The notes under the pieces are model-generated. The model did not search any database. It was not told where the DNA came from and was given only the letters and a program-made list of their open reading frames with translations. Below are positions 46,567 to 56,156 of a stretch of DNA of 64,000 nt, in pieces. Numbering within the stretch: position 1 is the first letter of the stretch; every line of letters starts with the position of its first letter. The DNA lies in NCBI GenBank assembly GCA_022647765.1, contig JALCLH010000001.1, positions 227,480 to 291,479 on the forward strand, in the 5' to 3' direction. The position numbers and the translations under genes were made by a program. Source of the DNA: Acidipropionibacterium sp. (lineage in GTDB: Bacteria > Actinomycetota > Actinomycetes > Propionibacteriales > Propionibacteriaceae).

Positions 46567-49058
46567 CTTCGTTGACCTCTGTGCTCCCGCATCTTGAAGA
46601 GCAATTCAGGAACAAGCGTCTGGTCTTCTGGCACGATCCTGATGGTGATTATGCCGACCAGCTGTTCGGTGTCGACATCCCCGATGTCACCGTGGTCTCA
46701 GTCGCCAACGACGAGTATGCACTCAAGTACCGGATACTCCAGGAAGAGCCAGACGCCAAGTTCCTCATCTACCGGCAGGGCGTCGCCCCCTCAGACATCG
46801 AGAACTGGCTGCTCGACCTGGAGCTTGCTTACGGGGTGTTCACTGCCGACCGTACCGCCCTACTGCGCCACGACCTTGGCCTGACGGCTGGTGGCGTCGA
46901 CGTGGTGCTTGACAATTACGAGTCATTCTTTCGGTCCTCGAAGCGAACCGATGCGCTCAAGGCTCTCTTGAACGCGGATGACTCAATGGATCTGGTGCAG
47001 GCAAAGATATGTGCGGTCTTGCTGGGCCAGAGTGAGCACAGCATGCTGGAGCTGATTCGCACTCTCCTGGTGGAGAACGCCCAAGGTAGTACCACCAAGT
47101 ACGACTCACTTACCGAGTATGGGTTGCTGGACTTTCACTGGGCGGGCGTCGCCAAGATCTATGGGTACAAGGCGGACCGGCCGAGTGTCAACGACTTCGT
47201 ACTGTGGATGTTCCGGCAGGCCATCAACAGGTTCAAGAGCGATCAGCCGGGAGCGCTGCGCAACATTCAGTTGGATTTCGCCAGTCTGCGCTATGACGTT
47301 CGCAGCGCTAAGGCGCTGATGACGCTGGCCTCGCGGGCGGCCAAAGATCTCGACTACGCGGGCCGGATCGAGGATGCCGATATCGCGTCCTTGGCTGGGA
47401 ACGATCTGTTCGAGGAGGTCGAGCAGAAGATCATCAGTACGCTGGCACGCCAGGTAACGGATCGGACGATCGGTGCCCGTGAGGTGGCCGAGACGGTCCG
47501 AAGCCGCCGGTCCAGCATCTGGGTGGACGGCTACCGGGATCTCTACACCGCGATCGGTGCAGCCTCGGAGCTGCTTTCAGCACTCGCTAGTGCGACGTTC
47601 GAGATGTCCTCGATTGACGGGGGCTTGCAGCGGTATCAGAAGGAGTGGTTCCGCATCGACCAGCTCTACCGCCACTTCCAGCTCGCTGTTCGGATCACCG
47701 ACTACGCCGACGTGGTCGAGACACTACGTGACGAGGTGGAGAACTATTACATCAATAGGTTCCTTTTCCCGCTCGGTGCCTCTTGGCAGCACCAGGTAGA
47801 CGCAGTCAGTATGTGGAGCTCGAACGCGGTGCGGCCTCAGCCATCGTTCTACCAGGACCGGGTGGAGCCACTCGTTCGCAAGGGCACCAAGAAGGCCGTT
47901 GTCATCATCTCTGATGCCCTGCGCTACGAGGTCGCCGAGGAACTCGGTACTCGTGTACGCCAAGAGGATCGCTTCGACGCCGCGTTGGATGCCATGCTTG
48001 GTGTGCTGCCGAGCTACACGCAACTGGGGATGGCGGCCCTCCTTCCACATAAGACACTGGCACACTCCAAGGGTGGTGACCCTGTCCTTGTCGATGGGCA
48101 GCGTTCGGATGGGACGGTGAACCGGAACAAAATCCTGGAGCCTGTGGACGGGTTCGCGATTCAGGCCGAAGATGTGCTGGCCATGGGGAACCGGGAGCTG
48201 AGGCAGCTCTACACCGAGCACCACGTCTTCTACGTCTACCATAATGGGATCGACGCGGCTGGGGACAAGGCAGCGACTGAACGGTCCGTCTTCGAAGCGG
48301 CGGAGACGACCCTCGACACGGTGATGAAACTCGTGAAGAAGTGGACGAGCGCGAATGCGACGAACATTTTCGTCACCGCCGATCATGGATTCCTCTATCA
48401 GGATAGGCCCTTAGCCGATGCCGGGTATCTCTCGACCAAACCCCAGGGCGACGACCTCCCGGTGGTCAACCGCCGCTATGTCCTGGGACGTGGCCTGAAG
48501 GACAATCCAGCTTTCAGGACGTTCGAACCGGAGCAGGTCGGGTTGGCCAGCGATCTTCAGGTGCAGATCCCGAAATCGATCCACCGGCTCCGCCTACCCG
48601 GTGCGGGATCGCGGTATGTGCACGGTGGAGCGGCGTTGCAGGAGATCGTGGTGCCGGTGCTGGCGATCAACAAGAAGCGCACGAGTGACACCCGGCAGGT
48701 GAACGTTGATGTCCAGCCGGAGACGGACAAGATCACGACCGGTCAACTCGTCGTCAAGCTGTACCAGACCGAGCCGGTTAGCGAGAAGGTCCAACCACGC
48801 ACCCTGCGTGCGGGGTTGTACGTAGGCGAGACACTGATCTCCAACCTGGCAGAGTTGACCTTTGACCAGATATCAGATGAGGCTCGTGACCGGTACCAGA
48901 GTGCACAGATGTTGCTGAGCCAGGAGGCGGATGCGTTCAACAACCGGACGGTGGAGCTCCGGCTGGAGGAGCAGATCCCTAACACGACTCAATGGAGAAC
49001 GTACACCAAAGCACAATACATGTTGCGCCGTTCATTCACCACGGACTTTGATATCTAG
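46563..49058 (+). CDS. pglZ: BREX-1 phosphatase PglZ
   Basis: ISDALRYE, PSYTQLGMAALLPH, TADHGF and YVHGG motifs. Confidence 0.96.
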   Translation: MTSLTSVLPHLEEQFRNKRLVFWHDPDGDYADQLFGVDIPDVTVVSVANDEYALKYRILQEEPDAKFLIYRQGVAPSDIENWLLDLELAYGVFTADRTALLRHDLGLTAGGVDVVLDNYESFFRSSKRTDALKALLNADDSMDLVQAKICAVLLGQSEHSMLELIRTLLVENAQGSTTKYDSLTEYGLLDFHWAGVAKIYGYKADRPSVNDFVLWMFRQAINRFKSDQPGALRNIQLDFASLRYDVRSAKALMTLASRAAKDLDYAGRIEDADIASLAGNDLFEEVEQKIISTLARQVTDRTIGAREVAETVRSRRSSIWVDGYRDLYTAIGAASELLSALASATFEMSSIDGGLQRYQKEWFRIDQLYRHFQLAVRITDYADVVETLRDEVENYYINRFLFPLGASWQHQVDAVSMWSSNAVRPQPSFYQDRVEPLVRKGTKKAVVIISDALRYEVAEELGTRVRQEDRFDAALDAMLGVLPSYTQLGMAALLPHKTLAHSKGGDPVLVDGQRSDGTVNRNKILEPVDGFAIQAEDVLAMGNRELRQLYTEHHVFYVYHNGIDAAGDKAATERSVFEAAETTLDTVMKLVKKWTSANATNIFVTADHGFLYQDRPLADAGYLSTKPQGDDLPVVNRRYVLGRGLKDNPAFRTFEPEQVGLASDLQVQIPKSIHRLRLPGAGSRYVHGGAALQEIVVPVLAINKKRTSDTRQVNVDVQPETDKITTGQLVVKLYQTEPVSEKVQPRTLRAGLYVGETLISNLAELTFDQISDEARDRYQSAQMLLSQEADAFNNRTVELRLEEQIPNTTQWRTYTKAQYMLRRSFTTDFDI

Positions 49059-49067
49059 GGGGAGAAA

Positions 49068-51212
49068 ATGACACTAGGAACTCCTGGTCCGGATCCGATA
49101 GATCAGCCTCACGAGGATGCTTCGGTGCAACTAAGCGATCTTGACTACAAGATCAATCTGCTGTTTCCGGGAGTTGTCGTTCGTAAGGACCTCGTTAAAG
49201 CGGTCAAGGGAAACGCAATCGTTCCAACGTATGTGTTGGAGTATCTACTGGGTCAATATGCGGCCTCCGATGATGAGGCGACAATTCATGCTGGGATTGA
49301 TGCGGTTCGGAAGATTCTTGCCGACCACTATGTGCACCGCAATGAGTCTGAACTAGTAAAGTCGACCATTAGGGAAAAAGGGCGTCATCGCATCATTGAT
49401 CGTGTTAGTGTCGTCCTCAATGAGAAGGCTGACGCTTACGAGGCGTCCTTTGAAAATCTCGGAATCCGGGGTGTCGTTATCGATCCCGGAACCGTGAAGG
49501 CCAACGAGAAGCTGTTGGTGGGTGGTGTGTGGTGCATATGCGACATCGGATACTCTCACTCTGACGACCTTCGCGCGGTTCCATGGATTCTAGGAAGCCT
49601 CAAGGCGATCCAGATGTCCGCGTTCGATATAGACCAGTACCTCGAGGTCCGTAGAGGGTTCACGACCGATGAATGGATCGATCTGCTCATGCAGTCCATC
49701 GGCTTCGACCCTGACCTGTTTGGGCGCCGGGCCAAGCTGCTCCAGATGGTACGGCTCATTCCGTTCGTGGAGCGTAACTACAACCTCATCGAGCTGGGCC
49801 CCAAGGGCACGGGCAAGTCGCACATCTTCTCCGAGTTCTCCCCCCACGGGATGCTGATCTCCGGTGGTGAGGTGACTGTACCGAAACTGTTCGTCAACAA
49901 CTCCAACGGCAAGATCGGGCTAGTCGGCTACTGGGACGTGGTCGCGTTCGATGAGTTCGCGGGCCAGAAGAAGCGCACCGATAAGGCGCTCGTCGACATC
50001 ATGAAGAACTACATGGCTAACAAGTCTTTTTCCCGCGGCGTGCAGACCATGGGAGCCGAGGCGTCCATGGTGTTCGTCGGTAACACGTCCCACACAGTTC
50101 CGTACATGCTTAAGCACTCCGACCTGTTCGATGAGCTTCCCGGGGCATACCACGATTCCGCCTATCTGGATCGCCTGCACTGTTACATCCCTGGCTGGGA
50201 GATCGAGACGATTCGCGGTCAGATGTTCTCCACTGGCTATGGATTCGTCGTTGACTACTTGGCGGAGGTTTTGCGCTCCATGCGTAACAGAGACTTCTCT
50301 GACAAGTACCAAACTCACTTCGCCCTCGGTTCCGATATCTCAACCCGTGACCGTGACGGAATTCACAAGACGTTCTCCGGCCTGATGAAGGTCATCTACC
50401 CGACCGGCGAAGCAACGCGTGAGGAGATCGAAGAGCTCCTTCGGTTCGCGATCGAGGGCCGCAAACGTGTCAAGGACCAGATCCTGCGCATCGACGCAAC
50501 CTTCGAGCCCGTCAACTTCGGCTATACCGACAAGACTGGTGGCGGCTGGCAGCCGGTCACCACCCTGGAGGAGGACGAATACGCGGCTTACTACTGGACG
50601 GGCCGAGGTTCCACGACAGCGTCGGCAATCGATGAGTCCGCCGGGACAAATGCCGTTGGAGGAACGTCAGCTCCTTCAGAGCCGACGGCCGAGACCGCTG
50701 CCGTACCGGCCGAGGAGAAGCTGTTTGAAGGGCAACGCGACTTCGTGGAGAACCAGCGAGGCGTCTCCTACGAAACTCTGCTAATGCCTTACTTGCGCGG
50801 CGCAAGTGAGATCGAGCTGCACGACCCGTACATCCGGATGGGCCACCAGGGCCGCAACCTTGTCGAGTTACTCGCCCTGATCGCGTCTGCCAAGGACTCG
50901 GCCGACGAGGTGACGTTCAAGCTGTACACGACGCTTGATGGTGACCCCAACTATCAGCAGAAGCAGTTGCAGATGCTCAAGCAGATCGTGCAAGGTGCGG
51001 CTCAACAGGGCGTCAAGGTAAGAGTGGCGAAGGACCCCGGCGGTCACGATCGGTGGATACGTACCAACGCAGGCTGGCGCATCAACCTTGGTCGTGGGCT
51101 TGACATTTTCCAGAAGTCGGAGGGCGGATGGTTCGACTTGGCCACCAGCCGCCAGGAGTTCCGCCAGGTCAGAGCCTTTGGAGTTACCTACATTCGGGAA
51201 GACAATCACTGA
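49068..51212 (+). CDS. brxL: BrxL with MCM-like AAA+ core and an MIT_C/PLD-like C-terminal domain instead of a Lon domain
   Basis: VVRKDL, YVLEYLLGQY, ELGPKGTGKS and VAFDE; C-terminal DPYIR..HDR.I..GW.I.LGRGLD. Confidence 0.9.
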   Translation: MTLGTPGPDPIDQPHEDASVQLSDLDYKINLLFPGVVVRKDLVKAVKGNAIVPTYVLEYLLGQYAASDDEATIHAGIDAVRKILADHYVHRNESELVKSTIREKGRHRIIDRVSVVLNEKADAYEASFENLGIRGVVIDPGTVKANEKLLVGGVWCICDIGYSHSDDLRAVPWILGSLKAIQMSAFDIDQYLEVRRGFTTDEWIDLLMQSIGFDPDLFGRRAKLLQMVRLIPFVERNYNLIELGPKGTGKSHIFSEFSPHGMLISGGEVTVPKLFVNNSNGKIGLVGYWDVVAFDEFAGQKKRTDKALVDIMKNYMANKSFSRGVQTMGAEASMVFVGNTSHTVPYMLKHSDLFDELPGAYHDSAYLDRLHCYIPGWEIETIRGQMFSTGYGFVVDYLAEVLRSMRNRDFSDKYQTHFALGSDISTRDRDGIHKTFSGLMKVIYPTGEATREEIEELLRFAIEGRKRVKDQILRIDATFEPVNFGYTDKTGGGWQPVTTLEEDEYAAYYWTGRGSTTASAIDESAGTNAVGGTSAPSEPTAETAAVPAEEKLFEGQRDFVENQRGVSYETLLMPYLRGASEIELHDPYIRMGHQGRNLVELLALIASAKDSADEVTFKLYTTLDGDPNYQQKQLQMLKQIVQGAAQQGVKVRVAKDPGGHDRWIRTNAGWRINLGRGLDIFQKSEGGWFDLATSRQEFRQVRAFGVTYIREDNH

Positions 51213-51376
51213 CGCAGGGTCTTGGAAAGGTCGTTTCGCCCTCCTGTAATCATGCTGTGATCAGAGTGTGAGGATCGCATGCCGGATCGGGCTGGTGATA
51301 TTTCCCGCACCCCCCATCCGGTGGTTCGTGCCTTCGGGGATCAGTCTTGGTGCGCGTGGGGGCCGGGACTGGCGAG

Positions 51377-51712
51377 ATGGCCGACTACATCCGCACTCGT
51401 CCCCAGGCCGACTCCTACTACGCAGCCCTGCTGACCGATTTCCACCGCGCGCAGGGACACGCAGGCCGAGGCGACATAGAGGCCCTGCTGCGGCCGGCGC
51501 TCAGCGAAGCGCTCACCGAGCAGCAGAAGACAACCAAGATCACGAACCTGCTCACCAAGCTGCGACGGAGTGGCGTGATCGCGAACCGCGGCACACGCAT
51601 GAGGCCCCGGTGGGAGCTTTCTTACGCAGGCGACGAAGATGCTTGCGTAGAGCTCGTTCGCAAGAAGGAAGCCGACGGCGAGGCGGGCGCGAAGGCGTCA
51701 GGACCAGCGTGA
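51377..51712 (+). pseudogene. C-terminal winged-helix fragment of an ATP-binding regulator-like protein
   Basis: KITNLLTKLRRSGVIANRG...PRW; N-terminal domains missing. Confidence 0.5.
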
Positions 51713-51788
51713 ACACAGACCTCCACGACCCCCAGCACCTTTTCGCGGTGACGACGAACAGCGCCAGGTGCAGAAAGAAAGACTCTCG

Positions 51789-51895
51789 ATGAAGCTCCAG
51801 TTCAAGGTACAGCAGTACCAGACCGATGCTGTCGTCGAGACCTTCGCTGGTCAGCCTAAGCATGACGGCATCTCCTACCGGATCGACCCCGGCAG
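51789..51895 (+). pseudogene. N-terminal remnant of a type III restriction Res subunit
   Basis: MKLQFKVQQYQTDAV..FAGQP..GISYRIDPG, then similarity is lost. Confidence 0.65.
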
Positions 51896-52379
51896 GTTCG
51901 TCCCGTCGCCGCTCCGGCGCTGCTCGAGGCCGAGGAGCATTCGCACTCTTGAAGGCCGGTGGTTCGTGCCTTCGGGAGCCAGTCTTGGTGCGCGTGGAGG
52001 TCGGGACTGGCATCCACCGGGACCACAGCCCCGAGACCCCCACTCAGATAGCCCAGCCCACGCCGAGACGGTTCAAGCCTTTGCGGAGGTGGACGTTCGT
52101 GGGCTCGGCTCGCGGCACAATCTTGGATCATCGAAGGCGAGGATGAGGGTGGTTGCGAGGACGCTTGGCAGGCCACACGCGACTCTGCAGAGGCCCTCGT
52201 CCGTGGGCTCGCCACCGGAAGATGTCGACACCGGCCAGAAGTGGGGCTGCCACATCCCCTCGAGAGCAGGGCACTGATCGTGCCGATTCCTTGGCTTCTA
52301 TCTGTGCGACATACTTCAGAGAAGTACGGAAGGAGTACGATAGAGGTACATAAGGCTCATCCTCGGAGGTGACCGGACG

Positions 52380-52634
52380 ATGGAACTTGATACGCGTATC
52401 CAGGTGCGCACCAACAAGTGGCTCAAGGATCGCGCCACGAAGACGCTCGACCGGATGGGCATCGACATGCCCACCGCCATCAACATGTTCCTTTGTCAGA
52501 TTGTTCACGACCAACGGTTGCCCTTCCGGCCCAGTCTCACCCCCTACGAGGACGCCGTGCGCGAGGCTGAGGCGGAGTCGGCGATCAGCGTGAAGGACAT
52601 TGACGAGCTGACAGCGCTCATCGACCGTGCGTGA
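52380..52634 (+). CDS. RelB/DinJ family antitoxin
   Basis: RHH-like N-terminus, MGIDMPTAINMFL..LPF. Confidence 0.88.
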   Translation: MELDTRIQVRTNKWLKDRATKTLDRMGIDMPTAINMFLCQIVHDQRLPFRPSLTPYEDAVREAEAESAISVKDIDELTALIDRA

Positions 52635-52897
52635 GATTGCCTATCGGCCGGCGTTCCTCCGCGATGTGAAGCGGCTCAAACGCAAGCACTACGACATGGA
52701 TGCGCTCAAGTCCGCGCTTCGAGCTGTCGCCAGCAGGGATACCCGACTGGCTTCGTCAACACGGTGACCACCAGCTCGTCGGTAGCCTCGGCAACTACCG
52801 TGAGCTGCACGTCCAGGCGGATTGGCTCCTCTTGTACACCTTTGATGGTGACGCCCTGACCATTGTCCGGACTGGCAGCCACGACGACCTACTCTGA
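52627..52897 (+). pseudogene. YafQ family toxin, +1 frameshift near 52742
   Basis: AFLRDVKRL in one frame; DHQL.G..RELH..DWLL.Y..RTGSHDDL in another. Confidence 0.82.
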
Positions 52898-52959
52898 CCG
52901 TTCAATTTCGGACGACCATCAGTTCCCATCGGGCCATGCAGGTTGTGTGTGACATAATG

Positions 52960-53170
52960 TAGTTGTACGGGGGATCCGGAGCACCGCTCGGGAGCACACG
53001 CTGTCGAGTGGGCCTATCCGCGAGGCTCTCGCGACTGCCGTGTTCGTCGAGATGGCAATCTACGCGGCCACCGATAGCCGAGGTCTGGAGATCGAGCTGG
53101 GGATCGTCAAGACGACCGTGGCATGGGGTTCGCGGTGGTTCATGCGATGCCGAGGGGGTGGAGACGATGA
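52960..53170 (+). pseudogene. Degenerate toxin-like gene upstream of an RHH antitoxin
   Basis: GLEIELGIV and FAVVHAMP motifs in different frames; stop overlaps the next ATG. Confidence 0.5.
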
Positions 53171-53493
53171 GCGACAAGCGGCCCCCTGAGGGGTTTCCTG
53201 AAACGTTTGGTCCGGATGTGATCGTGCAGGATATCGATCTGGACGACGAGGAGTTCGTCGTCGGCGGGCAGCGATTGACCGAGGAGCGTGCAGCGGCGAT
53301 GGCCGATCATGCGGAGCACCGTGGCGGCCGACCGTCGTTGAGCGGGGGACGCCGGCATTCGCCGGCTTTGAATCTGCGGGTGTCCCAATTGGACAGGGAT
53401 CGGCTCGACGCGGTGGCAGCCGGGCAGGGACGCCGGGCGTCGGATGTAGTGCGTGATGCGTTGCGCGAGTATCTGGACCGGCACGCATCCTGA
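53167..53493 (+). CDS. CopG/ribbon-helix-helix antitoxin-like protein
   Basis: GRPSL motif and C-terminal RHH (LNLRV..SDVVRDALREYL). Confidence 0.8.
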   Translation: MSDKRPPEGFPETFGPDVIVQDIDLDDEEFVVGGQRLTEERAAAMADHAEHRGGRPSLSGGRRHSPALNLRVSQLDRDRLDAVAAGQGRRASDVVRDALREYLDRHAS

Positions 53494-53549
53494 GTGACCT
53501 TGAATGTGTCCGCTTCACGCAGGACATGGAGAGTGCAATAGCCGCACCC

Positions 53550-53607
53550 GAGGCGGAGTCGGCGATCAGCGTGAAGGACACTGACGAGCTGACAGCGCTC
53601 ATCGACC
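53550..53607. repeat. 58-bp direct copy (57/58 identical) of the antitoxin 3' end at 52569-52626
   Basis: GAGGCGGAGTCGGCGATCAGCGTGAAGGACAYTGACGAGCTGACAGCGCTCATCGACC. Confidence 0.92.
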
Positions 53608-53874
53608 AAGGAGGTCAACTGGTCGGGCCCTACTGACCTGTCCACACCGAATCCCCGAGTGGGGGCTCCAACCCAGCCCACCGGATGATGGCGATCTATA
53701 GAGTTCGTGGATGACGATCTTTAGACTTCGGGCGTGACGGATCATCGATTTCGGGTCGCGGAGTCTGAGCTTCACGAGCGCATGCAGGCGTTGGGCCCCT
53801 GCTGATCGATGGGCTGAAGGCTTCGGAACCGTTCGGCAATCGGCCCAGTCCTCCCGGCTTGAGCAACGACCTGT

Positions 53875-54198
53875 TCAGTCGGAGGAGACCACGAGCTTGC
53901 GGTCACCGAACGTGGCGACCACCTCGATGGTCCCGCCAAGTGCCTCGACATACGACTTGAGGGTGACCAGCCCAGTCCGGTCCAGGTCACCGGACTCCAG
54001 AGCCGAGATCGTTGGCTGGGTGAGATGCATCCGCTCGGCCAGCTGTTTCTGAGTAACGCCTTGCTCCTCGCGGATCTCGCGCAGGCGGTAGGCGCGCTCC
54101 TCGGCCTCCATCCGTGCGAGGTGCCGGGACACGGCGGCCTCGTCAACAGGATGCTTCTCGCGGACGTCGTGCCATTCGACGGTTCTTGATCGGGTCAT
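53875..54198 (-). CDS. XRE/HigA-type HTH antitoxin-like protein
   Basis: LREIREEQGVTQKQLA and TLKSYVEALGG motifs. Confidence 0.85.
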   Translation of the reverse strand: MTRSRTVEWHDVREKHPVDEAAVSRHLARMEAEERAYRLREIREEQGVTQKQLAERMHLTQPTISALESGDLDRTGLVTLKSYVEALGGTIEVVATFGDRKLVVSSD

Positions 54199-54389
54199 CC
54201 TCGACGTCCTCCCACAAGTGGACCTCCCACGACATGACAAGGGTGTAGATCAGAATCAATATTGACTAGAGGCTATGTCCGATTACTGTGACGAGGATGT
54301 CCGGCATCGGCTATCACCGAGTGACCGAGGGTTTGCCCAGACCGTCTGCCATCGAGCGCCGAACTGGCGCGCGATATCTGGAGCTGGTC

Positions 54390-54992
54390 TCACCTGTTGC
54401 GAAGAATGGGAAGCAGTAGGTCGTCGACGATGCTGACTACGAGGCGCTCTTGTGCCTCCCCGACGAGCGCGAGCTCACCGTAGAGCACATCGACGGGCAG
54501 CCGGGAGATGAGCGGTGTGACCGTTATGATCTCCCCGCGGCGGACCGCTTCGTGAAGGAGATGCTCCATCTGGATGATTGCCTCGTGCGCCGCTTGATCT
54601 CGCACATACGCAGCAAGCTCGCCAGTCTCGTCGGGAACGATCCGGATCGCTTCGCATCGGTGGCGCATGGTCTTCAGGATGGTGATGGCGTCGGCGCGAA
54701 CCTCTCCCGATTCCACGATGGGCGGCTCAAGCGGTGTCACCCGCCGGTCGATAGCGGCAGCCAGGAGCTCATTCCGATGGGGCCACCGGCGGTAGAGGGT
54801 CGCCTTGTTCGTGCGCGCTCGCTTGGCGATCCCGTCCATCGTGGCTTGCGCATACCCGACTTCCGCGATCTCCGCCCAGGCGGCGTCGAGAATCGCGCCC
54901 TCCAACTGCGCGCCGCGACGTCGGTGCGCCCGCGCGCCGTCCGAGGGCTGGTGCGCCGGGGGACTGCTCGGCGTCTTCAAACTCATCCCCAT
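54390..54992 (-). CDS. TetR/AcrR family regulator
   Basis: ILDAA..GY...TMDGIAKRA.TNKATLYRRW HTH. Confidence 0.92.
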   Translation of the reverse strand: MGMSLKTPSSPPAHQPSDGARAHRRRGAQLEGAILDAAWAEIAEVGYAQATMDGIAKRARTNKATLYRRWPHRNELLAAAIDRRVTPLEPPIVESGEVRADAITILKTMRHRCEAIRIVPDETGELAAYVRDQAAHEAIIQMEHLLHEAVRRGEIITVTPLISRLPVDVLYGELALVGEAQERLVVSIVDDLLLPILRNR

Positions 54993-55051
54993 AGGGTACC
55001 TTGCGTTCCCTAAGCGTCGAGGATTACGATTTAGGAACTAACAGTTCCCTA
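54992..55051. promoter_or_regulatory. Two putative TetR operators in a divergent intergenic region
   Basis: TAGGGTAC-N5-GTTCCCTA and TAGGAACT-AAC-AGTTCCCTA palindromes. Confidence 0.6.
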
Positions 55052-55069
55052 TCCGAAGGTAGCGAGTCG

Positions 55070-55927
55070 ATGCCAGATCATGCTGATGCCGCCCGAACGG
55101 GCGAGGTCCTGGTGCCCGGAGCGACCATCTACTACAAGGTCCGCGGGCATGGGCCAGTCGTTCTGCTGTTGCAGGGTGGGGACGGCGATGCAGACAGCAG
55201 CGACAACCTTGCTGCGCAGCTCGCGGACCACTTCACCATCCTCAGTTATGACCGTCGCGGCCTGTCGCGCAGCAGGATCGACGATCCATCCGCTCCAATT
55301 GATCTGACTGTTCACGGCGACGACGCAGCGCGTGTGATTGCTGCCGTCACCGATGAGCCGGTGGCAGTCTTCGGTACCAGTTTCGGCGCCCTGCTCGGCC
55401 TCGACCTGTTGAGTCGCCACCCGGAGCGCATTCGCCTGCTCATCGCCCACGAGCCGCCGGCCACCGAGCTGCTCAATGAGCCCGATCGGCGCGACGCGGA
55501 AAAGGGGCAGGAAGACGTCGAAGTGATGTTCCGCAACGAAGGTGCTGTCGCAGCGATGCAGAAGTTCGCCGCCCTGGTGGGGCTGCGGTTCGATGACCGG
55601 GAGCCCGATGTTGCGCTTCCCGAGCCGAAACCCGAGCGCATGACAAACCTCGGATTCTTCCTGACCCACGACGCGCCCGCGGTGCGGGCCTATCGCTTCG
55701 ATCTGCCGGCTCTTCGTCAGTGGGCGGACCGCGTCATTCCTTCGGCCGGCCGCACAACCGCGACATTTCCCCGAGGATGCGCCGAAGCGCTTGCCGCCGA
55801 GCTACATCGACCACTGATCGAGTTCCCGGGAGGTCACAATGGGTCATTGCTGCACCCGAGAGAATTCGGCAACCAACTGCTCCAGCTTCTCCTGGAACAT
55901 ACTTCGGACGCCGGGTGCAGCTACTGA
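55070..55927 (+). CDS. Alpha/beta hydrolase
   Basis: YDRRGLSRS, GTSFG nucleophile elbow, HEPP, PGGH. Confidence 0.9.
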   Translation: MPDHADAARTGEVLVPGATIYYKVRGHGPVVLLLQGGDGDADSSDNLAAQLADHFTILSYDRRGLSRSRIDDPSAPIDLTVHGDDAARVIAAVTDEPVAVFGTSFGALLGLDLLSRHPERIRLLIAHEPPATELLNEPDRRDAEKGQEDVEVMFRNEGAVAAMQKFAALVGLRFDDREPDVALPEPKPERMTNLGFFLTHDAPAVRAYRFDLPALRQWADRVIPSAGRTTATFPRGCAEALAAELHRPLIEFPGGHNGSLLHPREFGNQLLQLLLEHTSDAGCSY

Positions 55928-56156
55928 GCACGGACGAAAGACAGGCCAGTCCAAGCGATCAGGATGCCCCCACCACGATGACCACTCGCAGCTCGAGGTC
56001 GGACTCATCCTGGGCGGCTTCGACGTCACTCGCAACCGACGAGACAGCCAGTGGCCCGGTGGCTCTCAGCGGCATTCTGTCGCGGCCCGCGCCTTCCGCT
56101 GAGGACCATGAGTATCCATAGCGTTGTGCGCTGGGTATGCGCTGTCTGTGCATCTG

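Larger units (their letters stand above)
51318..52011. repeat. 56-bp direct repeat (51/56 identical) at 51318-51373 and 51956-52011
   Basis: CCGGTGGTTCGTGCCTTCGGG..CAGTCTTGGTGCGCGTGG..CGGGACTGGC. Confidence 0.88.
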
